DNA of 64,000 nucleotides from Minisyncoccota bacterium (GCA_041660505.1 JBAZWG010000001.1:609768-673767), one strand, 5' to 3'. Counted from the first letter of the stretch, positions 1 to 9,468 are shown. A program made the numbers and translations. The notes: generated by a model not told the origin, from the sequence alone.

Positions 1-16
1 CTGTAATTAGGGCTGT

Positions 17-45
17 TTGAGTTTTTCGTGATTTTATAGTATTAT
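17..45 (+). promoter_or_regulatory. sigma70-like promoter TTGAGT-N17-TATTAT upstream of tRNA-Ile
   Basis: -35 TTGAGT at 17-22 and -10 TATTAT at 40-45 with a 17-nt spacer; the tRNA starts about 16 nt downstream. Confidence 0.45.
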
Positions 46-61
46 CATAGTTTGAGAGAAT

Positions 62-134
62 GCGCGTGTAGCTCAGTTGGTAGAGCATTCCGCTGATACC
101 GGAAAGGTCCTTGGTTCGACCCCAAGCACGCGCA
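62..134 (+). tRNA. tRNA-Ile (anticodon GAU)
   Basis: Cloverleaf read by eye: acceptor GCGCGTG/CACGCGC, D-arm GCTC..GAGC, anticodon stem TTCCG/CGGAA with loop CTGATAC (anticodon GAT), T-arm CTTGG-TTCGACC-CCAAG, discriminator A; CCA not fully encoded. Confidence 0.85.
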
Positions 135-138
135 CCGA

Positions 139-1482
139 ATGTATTCTTCAGATTATTTCAAAGGCAAAAAGATCACCGTCATGGGTTTGGGCCTTTTGGG
201 GCGGGGGATTGGTATTACCAAGTTCTTGGCGGAACATGGTGCTTTGCTCACGGTGACAGATTTAAAAACGAAAGAAGAACTTGCCCCGGCTTTGGAGAAA
301 CTTGCAGAGCTCAAAAATATCACCTACGTTCTGGGCGAACATCGGCTTGAAGATTTTAGTAAGGCTGATATGGTTATTCGCGCGCCGAACGCACCGCTCG
401 ATTCTATATATCTTGCCGAAGCCAGAAAAAATAATGTGCCAATAAAAATGGACGCTTCGCTCTTCGCCGAACTCGTGCCCGAAGACGTCACGCTCATTGG
501 TGTGACCGGTACGCGTGGCAAGAGCACGGCCGTCCAGCTCGTTTACGAAATGCTCAAGTTAGCGGGAAAGTCAGTCTATCTCGGTGGCAACGTACGTGAC
601 ACTGCAACATTGCCACTGCTTGATATTGTAAAGTCGGGCGACTATGTTGTACTCGAGCTCGATTCATGGCAGCTCCAAGGCTTCGATGAAGATAAGGTTA
701 GCCCGACTATTGCAGTCTTTACATCATTCTTCCCCGATCATTTGAACTATTATGCCGGTGACATGCAGAGGTACTGGCATGATAAGGCGTCGATATTTCG
801 CCATCAAAAGCCGGGCGATAAGCTTATTGTTAGCACGCAGATACAGACAGAAATGTGGAAGCACGGAGAGAGCAGAAAGCTCGACGCTATCGCCGATGTT
901 GCCAATGTGTCGGACTGGAAAATTAGGATGCGTGGCGAGCATAATAAGTTGAACGTGACACTTGCCCGCGAGACAGCGAAGTTGCTCGGCGTTAACGATG
1001 ATGTCATAAAAAAAGTTGCCGAAAGCTTCGGCGGATTACCAGGCCGGCAGGAGATCGTAGGAGAAGCGAATGAAGTCTTGTATGTGAATGACACGAACGG
1101 TACCTCGCCCGAGGCCGTCATGGCGGCGCTGGAATCGTTCTCTGATTACAAAGGCAAAATAATTTTACTCTGCGGGGGATTCGATAAAGGCTTAGACTAT
1201 CGCGAGCTCGTCGCAAAATTTCCCGAGTATTTGAAAGCATTAATTCTGTTTAAGGGGACGGCGAGTGACAAAATCGAATGGGAGATAGGAGTTGGGAGTT
1301 GGGAGATAGGGAAATTCGTAAACATGAGCACAATGCACGAAGCGTTTGCAAAAGCGCAAGAACTGGCTAAGCCGGGAGATGTAGTACTATTATCGCCTGG
1401 CGCGGCATCGTTTGGCATCTTTAAAAATGAATATGACAGGGGCGATCAGTTTATTGCCGAGGTCAAGGCGGTAAAACCATAA
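139..1482 (+). CDS. murD: UDP-N-acetylmuramoylalanine--D-glutamate ligase
   Basis: N-terminal Rossmann motif KKITVMGLGLLGRG; Mur ligase ATP site GVTGTRGKST; length 447 aa typical of MurD. Confidence 0.88.
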   Translation: MYSSDYFKGKKITVMGLGLLGRGIGITKFLAEHGALLTVTDLKTKEELAPALEKLAELKNITYVLGEHRLEDFSKADMVIRAPNAPLDSIYLAEARKNNVPIKMDASLFAELVPEDVTLIGVTGTRGKSTAVQLVYEMLKLAGKSVYLGGNVRDTATLPLLDIVKSGDYVVLELDSWQLQGFDEDKVSPTIAVFTSFFPDHLNYYAGDMQRYWHDKASIFRHQKPGDKLIVSTQIQTEMWKHGESRKLDAIADVANVSDWKIRMRGEHNKLNVTLARETAKLLGVNDDVIKKVAESFGGLPGRQEIVGEANEVLYVNDTNGTSPEAVMAALESFSDYKGKIILLCGGFDKGLDYRELVAKFPEYLKALILFKGTASDKIEWEIGVGSWEIGKFVNMSTMHEAFAKAQELAKPGDVVLLSPGAASFGIFKNEYDRGDQFIAEVKAVKP

Positions 1483-1524
1483 AAGTGCTATAGTTATTAG
1501 CAATTAACAAATAATAATAAATTT

Positions 1525-1803
1525 ATGACAGAAGGTATCCCAACGGAATCAGCACCAGCCGATTCTATCGAAGAAATATTGAAGAATGATGAATCGTACC
1601 AAAATTCTCTCAAGAGGCTGCAAGAAGTGGGCGTTAATATTACAGAGTTAGTTCAGACGCTTTGTTCATTGGATGCAAGGCAGTTAAGGGATTTGTCCGT
1701 ATATCTTCCTAGTATGATTGAGACTATCGCCAGTGCAAAGAACGCACTTAGACAGAAAGAATTAGAAAAAGACCCTAACTACAAAAAACCCGTTTGGAGG
1801 TAA
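1525..1803 (+). CDS. hypothetical small protein between murD and murC
   Basis: 92-aa ORF with no recognised motif; overlaps the murC start. Confidence 0.35.
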   Translation: MTEGIPTESAPADSIEEILKNDESYQNSLKRLQEVGVNITELVQTLCSLDARQLRDLSVYLPSMIETIASAKNALRQKELEKDPNYKKPVWR

Positions 1804-3053
1804 TGTCTGACATATTACAAAAAGCGAAGCACATTCACTTCGTCGGCATCGGCGGGATTGGCATTTCTGCAATTGCTCGGATGATGCTTGCTGAAGGGCG
1901 GATGGTGACGGGGTCAGATACGCATGCTTCGCATGTCACTGATGAGCTTTCTAAATTAGGGGCGGTTATCACTTTTGACCAGAGTACACAGACTATTCCT
2001 GCCACGACTAATCTGGTTATTTATACCGCGGCGATACCTGTTGCTGACGTGTCATTTTTTGAGGCGATGAAGGCACTGCCTGTTCCTTCACTTTCTTACC
2101 CCGAGGCACTGCGCGAAGTAACCAAAGAGAAGTTTACTATCGCAGTGGCCGGCACTCATGGCAAGACGACGACGACTGCCATGATTGCAAAGGTTATGAT
2201 GGATGCCGGGCTTGACCCCACTGTCATCGTCGGCTCTATACTCCTTGACCATAAAAGCAATTTTATCGCTGGTAAAAGCAAATATCTAGTAGTAGAAGCA
2301 GATGAATATCAGCGCGGATTCTTGAATCTCTCACCGCACATCTTGGTCATAACCAATATCGGTGTTGATCATTTGGATTATTATAAGGATTTAGCAGAAA
2401 TTCAAGCAACGTTTGACGAATTGGTTGCGCGGGTCACACCGGGTGGTCACGTGATAAAACCGGCAGACTGGTCGCTTGTTAATCCGCCAAAACAATTATT
2501 GATTCCCGGTTTGCATAATAGGCAGAACGCGCAGGCCGCGCTTGCCGTTGCGGAGGTATTAGGAATATCGCGAGAAAAGGCTGAAGCATCGCTCGCAAAC
2601 TTCCAAGGTACTTGGCGCAGATTTGAATATAAAGGCACGACCAAAGAAGGAGCATTGGTCTATGACGATTACGCACATAATCCAGACAAAGTCAGAGCGG
2701 CTCTGCAGGGTGCAAGAGAAAAGTTCCCGGATCGGAAAATCATTGCAGTATTCCAACCCCACTTGTATAGCCGAACCAAGTCGCTTCTCCCACAGTTCGC
2801 GGAAAGTTTTAACGATGCTGACGAAGTCTTTCTCGTTCCTATTTACGGCGCTCGCGAGTCTCTTGACCCGACGATTACGGCAGAGATGCTCGCAGAAGCA
2901 TTGCGCATACATCACGAGCGCGTGTTCGTCTTCCCTGATTTCGAAGCGGTGGAAACATATCTCCACACCATACTTACTCCCGAGTGCGTCGTGATGATGA
3001 TTGGTGCCGGAAGTATTACAGAGCTGGCGAGTAAACTTATTGCAGAAAAATAA
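1794..3053 (+). CDS. murC: UDP-N-acetylmuramate--L-alanine ligase
   Basis: HFVGIGGIGISAIA N-terminal motif; GTHGKTTTTAMI P-loop; RBS GGAGG upstream; 419 aa. Confidence 0.88.
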   Translation: MEVMSDILQKAKHIHFVGIGGIGISAIARMMLAEGRMVTGSDTHASHVTDELSKLGAVITFDQSTQTIPATTNLVIYTAAIPVADVSFFEAMKALPVPSLSYPEALREVTKEKFTIAVAGTHGKTTTTAMIAKVMMDAGLDPTVIVGSILLDHKSNFIAGKSKYLVVEADEYQRGFLNLSPHILVITNIGVDHLDYYKDLAEIQATFDELVARVTPGGHVIKPADWSLVNPPKQLLIPGLHNRQNAQAALAVAEVLGISREKAEASLANFQGTWRRFEYKGTTKEGALVYDDYAHNPDKVRAALQGAREKFPDRKIIAVFQPHLYSRTKSLLPQFAESFNDADEVFLVPIYGARESLDPTITAEMLAEALRIHHERVFVFPDFEAVETYLHTILTPECVVMMIGAGSITELASKLIAEK

Positions 3054-3054
3054 T

Positions 3055-3744
3055 ATGGCTACATTATATATAGTCGCCACGCCGATAGGCAATCTCGAAG
3101 ATATCACCCTTCGTGCTATCAGAATTCTAAAAGAAGTCGACACCATTGTCTGCGAAGATACGCGCGTGACGAAAAAGCTTTTAGAAAAATATCTGGACAA
3201 CCCAAAAAGAGTTTTGTCGTTCCATGCCCATAGTGATGAAGGTAAGGTGACAGAGCTTATTACATTACTCACTGAAGGCAAGTCGGTAGCACTCGTAACA
3301 GACGCGGGGACGCCTGGCGTGTCAGACCCGGGTTCACGGCTCGTCTCGGCTGTACGCAAAGAGTTTGGTGATGAAGTGCGTACAGAACCAATTCCCGGCC
3401 CATCGGCAATCACCACGGCACTTTCTGTCGCCGGAATCGAGGCTTCGGCATTTACTTTCCTCGGATTCTTGCCACACAAGAAAGGAAGAGAGACGTTATT
3501 TAACGAAATAAAAAATAGTGAACGCACGATGATATTTTATGAGTCATCTCACAGGATATTGAAGACCATAGAACGACTCGCCGAACTCTTGAGCGAGACG
3601 CGAAAAGTGGTAATTGCCCGCGAACTGACGAAAAAATTCGAAGAAATCATCTCCGGTACGCCGGCAGAGGTGCTCGCGAAGATGAAAGAGACTCCGGACA
3701 GAGAAAGGGGCGAGTTTGTCGTATTGGTCGGTCCTCTGGTATAA
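3055..3744 (+). CDS. rsmI: 16S rRNA 2'-O-methyltransferase RsmI (tetrapyrrole-methylase fold)
   Basis: MATLYIVATPIGNLEDITLRA...VCEDTR is the typical RsmI N-terminus; start moved to the ATG at 3055, 2 nt after the murC stop. Confidence 0.8.
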   Translation: MATLYIVATPIGNLEDITLRAIRILKEVDTIVCEDTRVTKKLLEKYLDNPKRVLSFHAHSDEGKVTELITLLTEGKSVALVTDAGTPGVSDPGSRLVSAVRKEFGDEVRTEPIPGPSAITTALSVAGIEASAFTFLGFLPHKKGRETLFNEIKNSERTMIFYESSHRILKTIERLAELLSETRKVVIARELTKKFEEIISGTPAEVLAKMKETPDRERGEFVVLVGPLV

Positions 3745-3764
3745 TGGCAGAATAATCACTTTGT

Positions 3765-3977
3765 ATGCATAAACTGAACCACATTTGGCAAAATAGACTC
3801 GTGACCATCCTCGGCTTCATTGTCCTTGTATTGCCACTTACCGGCTTCCCGCACAGTTGGACAGATAACTTTTATTTTTTACTCGGCTTAGCTATCGTCA
3901 TCATCTCATTCCAGCTCGGCAGATTCTTGGTCTATGGCGAAGAGCATGGCGAAAATAATGTTAAAGGGAAAAAATAA
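3765..3977 (+). CDS. small two-helix membrane protein (hypothetical)
   Basis: 70-aa ORF with two hydrophobic helices; overlaps the next gene start. Confidence 0.3.
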   Translation: MHKLNHIWQNRLVTILGFIVLVLPLTGFPHSWTDNFYFLLGLAIVIISFQLGRFLVYGEEHGENNVKGKK

Positions 3978-5322
3978 GATACTCGCACTCGCCTTAGCTG
4001 GGCTCTTTGCGGGCTTTGTTCTTATTGGGGGAGCTTCTCGCCTGCCTTTTATCAGCAAATATCTGCAAGCGAGCAGTGTTTACGTACGCGATACACCAGA
4101 GCCGATAGCAATAAAAGTTGCTTCTACAACGCAAGATCAAGCCAAGTTTGCCTTTATCGCGCCGGTAGTTGCATTACACGAGCCGCGGCCGGAAAAATTG
4201 AAGGCGATATATATATCAAGCTGGTCGGCCGGCTCGGCGACACAGATGAAGCGTCTCATCGGCCTTATAGATCGCACAGAAATAAATGCCGTCGTAATAG
4301 ATATTAAAGATGCGACAGGCGAGATCGCCTTCCATGTGAACGATCCGGCGCTTAAGGCGATGGGCACGGAATCCAATCGCATCGGCAATATAGATAGTCT
4401 TATCAAAGAGCTTCATGCTAAAAATATTTACGTCATCGGCCGAGTCTCGACCTTCCAAGACCCGCTCTTCGCCAAGATCCATCCAGAACTTGCGGTCATT
4501 CGCAAAAGCGATGGCAAATTTTGGCGCGATAGGAAAGGTTTAAGCTGGCTTGACGCCGGCGCCAAGAAGACTTGGGACTATATTATTGCAATAGCGAAAG
4601 AATCTTACTCAAGAGGCTTTGACGAAATTAATTTCGATTACATCCGCTTCCCCTCGGATGGGAATATGAAAGATATCGCCTACAGATTTTATGACGAGGC
4701 CAAACTTACTAAACCGGCGCAAATGAAATTATTTTATGAATATCTGCACAATGCGATGCAAGATAGCCCCACCCCCAACCCCTCCCCGAAGGAGAGGGGA
4801 GGAATATTTTCAAGCGACCAAGGTCTCTCCTCAAGGAGCGAAGCGGGAAGAGGTGAGTCCTTGGTCTCCACCGCCATCCCGCACTCCGCCGACCTCTTCG
4901 GTATGACCACAACCGCCGACGATGATATGGGTATCGGCCAGATGCTGACTGACGCGCTCCCATACTTCGACTATATTTGCCCGATGATATATCCATCGCA
5001 TTACGGCCCGGGCATCAACGGTTACAAAAAGCCGGCGCAATATCCGTACGAAATGGTGGCGTATGCCCTTGAAGGCGCTCTTGCTAAAGCCTCCTCGACC
5101 GACAAGTGGCAAGGTGAGTCCTTACCTAAAGGGGAAGGTCTCTCCTTGCCACCAAGCTATAAAAAAATCGTCCCATGGCTCCAAGACTTCGACATGGGCG
5201 CCACCTACGACGCAGGTATGGTAAGAGCCCAAATAAAAGCGACAGAAGACGCCGGCCTAACGAGCTGGTTACTGTGGGATCCTGCAAACAGATACACAGA
5301 GGGGGCTTTGCAGAAGGAATAG
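3934..5322 (+). CDS. putative glycoside-hydrolase-like TIM-barrel protein (GHL/DUF187-like), membrane anchored, with in-frame low-complexity insertions
   Basis: N-terminal TM anchor; motif GFDEINFDYIRFPSDG recalled from GHL-type putative glycosidases; contains the in-frame repeat that encodes SPTPNPSPKERGGIF. Confidence 0.5.
   Translation: MAKSMAKIMLKGKNKILALALAGLFAGFVLIGGASRLPFISKYLQASSVYVRDTPEPIAIKVASTTQDQAKFAFIAPVVALHEPRPEKLKAIYISSWSAGSATQMKRLIGLIDRTEINAVVIDIKDATGEIAFHVNDPALKAMGTESNRIGNIDSLIKELHAKNIYVIGRVSTFQDPLFAKIHPELAVIRKSDGKFWRDRKGLSWLDAGAKKTWDYIIAIAKESYSRGFDEINFDYIRFPSDGNMKDIAYRFYDEAKLTKPAQMKLFYEYLHNAMQDSPTPNPSPKERGGIFSSDQGLSSRSEAGRGESLVSTAIPHSADLFGMTTTADDDMGIGQMLTDALPYFDYICPMIYPSHYGPGINGYKKPAQYPYEMVAYALEGALAKASSTDKWQGESLPKGEGLSLPPSYKKIVPWLQDFDMGATYDAGMVRAQIKATEDAGLTSWLLWDPANRYTEGALQKE
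4771..4803. repeat. GC-rich palindromic element copy (CCCCTCCCCGAAGGAGAGGGG family), in-frame inside a CDS
   Basis: Same core as copies at 18383, 21061, 41002 and 41047; here it encodes PNPSPKERGG. Confidence 0.75.
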
Positions 5323-5405
5323 AAACGAAACAGCCAGCTCCCATGAAAAATCAGGAACTGGCTGTCCGGCTTGATAGGCAAAAAACTTGAGTCGACGGGA
5401 ATCTG

Positions 5406-6953
5406 TCAGACCGTCGACGGATACTTCTGCTCCACGTCTCGATCGTGGAGTTGTTTGATGATTTCTTCGATCGCCCCATACTGCTCGGGTGAGACCGTCG
5501 AGACGTTCGGGGTTATGATCAGGGGCTCCTCGCACGTTTCGTGGTAGCCCCAATCTGGGTGTACCCCGAACTTCTGCTTCAACGACCGGAAGGCCGCCAC
5601 CGTGAACTTCCCGATTATCCATCGGGCAATGTCCTCGATGTTCTGGTTCTTCCGAAAGCTGAACTGCGGGTACTGCGTCGTGAGCTCTAGGATGAAGTCG
5701 CCCGGCGTCCGTGTTCTCGTCTGCCCGAGCTGGCGAGCGCACGACCAGATCTTCGCAATCTTCAAGTTCTGGTCCCTTTTGCCGACCATTCGGCGAATGA
5801 GGACCAGATAGTAGATCCCGATCTGAACAACCCGATTGTACGTCGGGGTGCTGAACGACACACCCTTGTCTTCCGCCACCTGCTTCACCTCGCGGTGCAG
5901 GATCTTGTTCGTGTGGTAGACGTGCTTCCAGTAACGGAAGGTGTCCACCCCGAACATTGTCCTGGCCCGGCCTGCTGCGTGGATGATGCCGTTACAGCAG
6001 GAGAGGAATCCCTCCGGAGTGAAGAAGAGTGCGTGCTTCGTGAGAAGCGCGTGGTTCTGGTCGATATCCCTACAGTTCATGTAGTGGACGATGTCCCAGA
6101 TCTTGAGCTTTTCCACGCCGTCCGCGTCGACGCCGAGCTCGGCCGCAACCACCCAGATGTTCGTCACCTGGGGGCCGCAGACTATGTCCTTGTCGGTGAG
6201 GGGCAGTTCGGCCCAGAGGATTCGCTCAACGAGCCTGATGGAAATGGCTTTCAGTTCCTCTTCCGACAGCCACTCTGGTGGCGGAATAACCCTGAGCACG
6301 ATCAAGTAGACATAGATCTTCAAAAACAGCCTTGCGACTCCTCCTTTGTATCCAGTCTGCTTGACCTTGAAGCGGGCCGTTTCGTCCGATTCTCCCTTCT
6401 TGCGAGTGGGGAAGCGGATGTCGACCACCGCCGTTTCGATCGCCTCCCTCATCTCCTTGTTGGGGATCTGGGGGATGCTGTCGACGACCAGCTTGGTCGG
6501 TACCTCGCGGTACGTTCCAAACTTGATCTCCTCTTCTGGAACGACAACGACAGAGAGCCCCTTGACCTGCTCGATGACCTTCTTGGCGAAGGCCTCTTCA
6601 GGTTTGTCGGTGCTTTCCTCTTCTTCCTCCGAAGGCATCGCCGGCGTCTTCAGGCCGGAGTCGTGTGCCATTTCCCGAAGAAGGTTGAACGAGCAACTCA
6701 TGATCCTTCGGATCTCTTCCTGGATCTCGGTGGGGAGATTGCAGGCCCGCATATCCCGGAGGACAATGCGGATGAGACAGAGAAAGCGTGCGAACAACCC
6801 GAAGGTGTTCCGCGCCTTCTTCATCCCGTCAACGATGATCTCCTTGTACTCGTCAAACTTGTGGACGAGCTTCCAGCGCGTTTCGTCTGGATAGATGTAT
6901 CGTCGTTCCGAGTCCATTTCTACCTGATTAACCTCTGTTTCCGTGGTTCCCAT
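5406..6953 (-). CDS. hypothetical protein (515 aa), GC-rich
   Basis: Long ORF with codon-biased GC-rich composition and no recognised motif; GGGAAC hexamer repeats at its start codon. Confidence 0.6.
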   Translation of the reverse strand: MGTTETEVNQVEMDSERRYIYPDETRWKLVHKFDEYKEIIVDGMKKARNTFGLFARFLCLIRIVLRDMRACNLPTEIQEEIRRIMSCSFNLLREMAHDSGLKTPAMPSEEEEESTDKPEEAFAKKVIEQVKGLSVVVVPEEEIKFGTYREVPTKLVVDSIPQIPNKEMREAIETAVVDIRFPTRKKGESDETARFKVKQTGYKGGVARLFLKIYVYLIVLRVIPPPEWLSEEELKAISIRLVERILWAELPLTDKDIVCGPQVTNIWVVAAELGVDADGVEKLKIWDIVHYMNCRDIDQNHALLTKHALFFTPEGFLSCCNGIIHAAGRARTMFGVDTFRYWKHVYHTNKILHREVKQVAEDKGVSFSTPTYNRVVQIGIYYLVLIRRMVGKRDQNLKIAKIWSCARQLGQTRTRTPGDFILELTTQYPQFSFRKNQNIEDIARWIIGKFTVAAFRSLKQKFGVHPDWGYHETCEEPLIITPNVSTVSPEQYGAIEEIIKQLHDRDVEQKYPSTV

Positions 6954-7090
6954 GGTTCCCTCCTAGGTTCCCGGTTCCCGTTCCCGTATTCCTTTTTTGC
7001 CTATTTATTTGCCAAAGACCGATACACTGCCTATTTTTAGGCTAGGTTGACATGCTAGCATAAATTAGAGCTGTTTCCCAGAGAAATTAT

Positions 7091-7119
7091 TTGCATAATC
7101 GTCAAATTAGTGCTATTAT
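7091..7119 (+). promoter_or_regulatory. promoter TTGCAT-N17-TATTAT (extended TGc -10) for rnc
   Basis: -35 at 7091-7096 and -10 at 7114-7119 preceded by TGC; the RBS GGAAGG precedes the ATG at 7172. Confidence 0.5.
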
Positions 7120-7171
7120 ACAAAGTAATATTCGATTCCAGAAACGCTGTTTGAAAAAAGGAAGGTGATTA

Positions 7172-7870
7172 ATGTCCGAAACCAGAGAAGAGTTGCAGGT
7201 GCGGCTCGGCATCAAGTTCAATAATCCAGAGTTGCTGGCCGAGGCCCTTCGGCACAAGTCAGTCTCGCCACTCGGCAAGAAAAACAAACCGCAACCGCCG
7301 TATGAACGACTCGAATTCTTCGGCGACGCTGTGATTGACTACGTCGTGAGCAAGCGCCTTTTCCGGCGAAGCCCGCCACTGTCTCAAGGGCGCATGACCC
7401 AGGCGTTCACGAGCCTCGCTTCGCGTATGGCGCTTGGTGAGCTGGCAGAGGAAATAGACCTCTTCCCTCACATCGAGTTCTGCCCTGGCTTTGGCGACAA
7501 CATGTCTATCGAGTTGAGACATAATGTCGTCGGGGACGTCTATGAGGCTCTCGTCGGTGCCATCCACGAGGACCAGGGCTTCGAGACTGCTGAGAATTTC
7601 GTCGAACGCACGGCCATGGCGAAACTCGATGAACTGCTCGCCGGCAAGAACCTTCTCGACCACAAGAACCAGCTTTCTCGGTTCTTGCAGGGTCGTCATC
7701 ACAAGAGAGTCTACCCAGAGTACCAGCTCATCGGGCGTAAGTCTGATGGCGTCTACGTCTCTCAAGTGAGTCACGACGGCAAGAACCTCGGCCAAGGCGA
7801 AGGCAAGACCCAGACCGCCTCAGAGCTCAATGCCGCCAAGGAGGCGCTCGAGATTCTCAAGAAGCGGTAG
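7172..7870 (+). CDS. rnc: ribonuclease III
   Basis: RNase III signature ERLEFFGDAV; DVYEALVGAI; C-terminal dsRBD-like region. Confidence 0.85.
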   Translation: MSETREELQVRLGIKFNNPELLAEALRHKSVSPLGKKNKPQPPYERLEFFGDAVIDYVVSKRLFRRSPPLSQGRMTQAFTSLASRMALGELAEEIDLFPHIEFCPGFGDNMSIELRHNVVGDVYEALVGAIHEDQGFETAENFVERTAMAKLDELLAGKNLLDHKNQLSRFLQGRHHKRVYPEYQLIGRKSDGVYVSQVSHDGKNLGQGEGKTQTASELNAAKEALEILKKR

Positions 7871-7957
7871 CGGATTCACATCCGCTCGGAAATCTACACG
7901 ATTCGTTCGTGGGAAAACATCCGGGTGGGTGTTTTCTTTTTCCTATAAAAAAATTAT

Positions 7958-7986
7958 TTGCTGTTAAGTTTTGCCTGTGTTATAAT
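7958..7986 (+). promoter_or_regulatory. promoter TTGCTG-N17-TATAAT
   Basis: Consensus spacing; sits upstream of the small basic ORF, which has RBS GGAAGGAG. Confidence 0.5.
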
Positions 7987-8075
7987 CATGAACTTCGCAA
8001 ACGCGAGGTGCTCAAAGTACGGCACCCGCGTCCGCGGAGTGTTATGTTCTTTGAGCTGAATGGAAGGAGAATGCC

Positions 8076-8294
8076 ATGTCTCTCACTCAACGGGAGTTCA
8101 GGAAGAACCTCGTCAAGGCCAAGAAGGCCAAGAGGATTCGGAAAATCAAGGAGAAGAGGCGCGCTTTGCGCGCTAAGAATGGCCAGCCGTCGCCGAATGG
8201 CGTGAAGCCTGCACGGGTGTCGCTCCCGCACATGAGCGACACCCTGCCTGTGCCGGCGGCCATGTTGGCTCAGCCGGCCCAGTCCGACCAGTGA
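8076..8294 (+). CDS. small Lys/Arg-rich basic protein (hypothetical)
   Basis: 72-aa ORF with a good RBS, followed by a hairpin plus T-run terminator at about 8307-8400. Confidence 0.5.
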   Translation: MSLTQREFRKNLVKAKKAKRIRKIKEKRRALRAKNGQPSPNGVKPARVSLPHMSDTLPVPAAMLAQPAQSDQ

Positions 8295-8306
8295 CCTTCC
8301 TAGTTC

Positions 8307-8400
8307 AGCAGTTCGCACCCCCGGGTGATTTTAATCTCGCGACTCACAGCGCGGGAGAGGGACACCGGGGGTGTTTCTTTTTTCTCCGGAATTTTCAAGA
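8307..8400 (+). terminator. intrinsic terminator (GCACCCCCGGGTG...CACCGGGGGTG plus T-run)
   Basis: Long GC stem followed by TTTCTTTTTTCT. Confidence 0.55.
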
Positions 8401-8546
8401 TTAGTCTTTTTCCGAAATTTGTTTTCTTATTTTTAAAACCGTTAGCGCGTTACTTTTTTTGTGTTAGACTCCGCATGATACAGAGACCAACTACTGAAAC
8501 AGACACGCGCCTTTGAACGGTGCATTTGACAAGGAGGAATGACAGC

Positions 8547-9404
8547 ATGAGCAATGGAACGTTGGTTGATCCAGTGAGTCCAGAAGAGTACCACCGGGCG
8601 AGGCAGAAGTTGCAAGAATTCTTTACCAAGAAGGGTCTCACCTGGGCGGTCGCTCAGCAGAGGCTCTCAATTCTCTCGGCCTGCGAGAACCATCTCTCCA
8701 TCGCGCTCCACGCATTTGCCGGCCAGACCTGGCCACTCCATCAGACGAACCAGATGGAGTTGGAAAAGATGCTCTTGGAGAACCAGGGGTCGACGGGCTA
8801 TTTCTGCGACACGACCTCGTATCGCGAGGAACCGACCCCCAAGAAGGGCAGGCACAACCTGATCTTCCCTATGGTGGAGTTCGAGCTCCCAGGGAACTTC
8901 GAGGTGCTCCTGGCCTTCCTGCAGGATCTCGTCCAGCACCTCGGATTCGTCAAGGCGCCGGCCCCCGTCGTTGACTACCGCGACTACGCCAAGAAGTGCG
9001 GAGTCGAGGAGCTCGGCGATGAACACGAAACCCAACTCTTCCGCGAGCTCGGTCCGGTCGTGATGCTCGTCGACTTCCCGATGAGCACCTCGCCGTTCTG
9101 GAACATGCGGCTCGACGGCGGTCCCGGCGAAAAGATCGCACGAAAGTGCGACGTCATCGTCTGCGGACAGGAGACGATCGGTAGCGCCGAGCGCTCTTGC
9201 GATCCCGAGCAGATGCGGAAGTCCTTCCGTGCAGTCTCTGGTGGAGACTACGCGAGGACGCTCTTCGCACGCTTCTGCAGCGGGCGGGTCCTGGAGGAGT
9301 TGGAAGACTTCCTCTCGCTTCCGTTCTTCCCGCGCTGTGGCGGAGGAATCGGGATGACCCGGCTCATCCGGGCTACACGGATGGTCGGCCTCATTGACAA
9401 GTAG
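8547..9404 (+). CDS. class II aminoacyl-tRNA synthetase catalytic-core paralog (EpmA/AsnA-like, no anticodon-binding domain)
   Basis: Class IIb motif 2 YREEPTPKKGRHNLIFPMVEFEL and motif 3 GGGIGMTRL; about 285 aa, so the catalytic core only; RBS AAGGAGG 8 nt before the ATG at 8547. Confidence 0.65.
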   Translation: MSNGTLVDPVSPEEYHRARQKLQEFFTKKGLTWAVAQQRLSILSACENHLSIALHAFAGQTWPLHQTNQMELEKMLLENQGSTGYFCDTTSYREEPTPKKGRHNLIFPMVEFELPGNFEVLLAFLQDLVQHLGFVKAPAPVVDYRDYAKKCGVEELGDEHETQLFRELGPVVMLVDFPMSTSPFWNMRLDGGPGEKIARKCDVIVCGQETIGSAERSCDPEQMRKSFRAVSGGDYARTLFARFCSGRVLEELEDFLSLPFFPRCGGGIGMTRLIRATRMVGLIDK

Positions 9405-9420
9405 TACGGTCAACCTAGAA

Positions 9421-9455
9421 CCGGCTCCCTTCGTTCGCGAAGGGAGCCGGTTTCG
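9421..9455 (+). terminator. hairpin terminator CCGGCTCCCTTC-GTTCGC-GAAGGGAGCCGG followed by TTTCG
   Basis: Perfect 12-bp stem right after the aaRS-like gene. Confidence 0.55.
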
Positions 9456-9468
9456 CGTCTGCCTAGCA

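Noticed and set aside
2559-3527. 322-aa minus-strand ORF antisense to murC/rsmI
   Set aside because: It lies entirely within two well-supported plus-strand genes with clear motifs. It has no motif, and its low-complexity Ser-rich translation is typical of antisense frames.
5895-7040. 381-aa plus-strand ORF overlapping the 515-aa minus-strand gene
   Set aside because: Long spurious ORFs are expected on the antisense of GC-rich genes. The opposite-strand ORF is longer and has better codon-like periodicity, but neither has a motif. I kept only the minus-strand gene.
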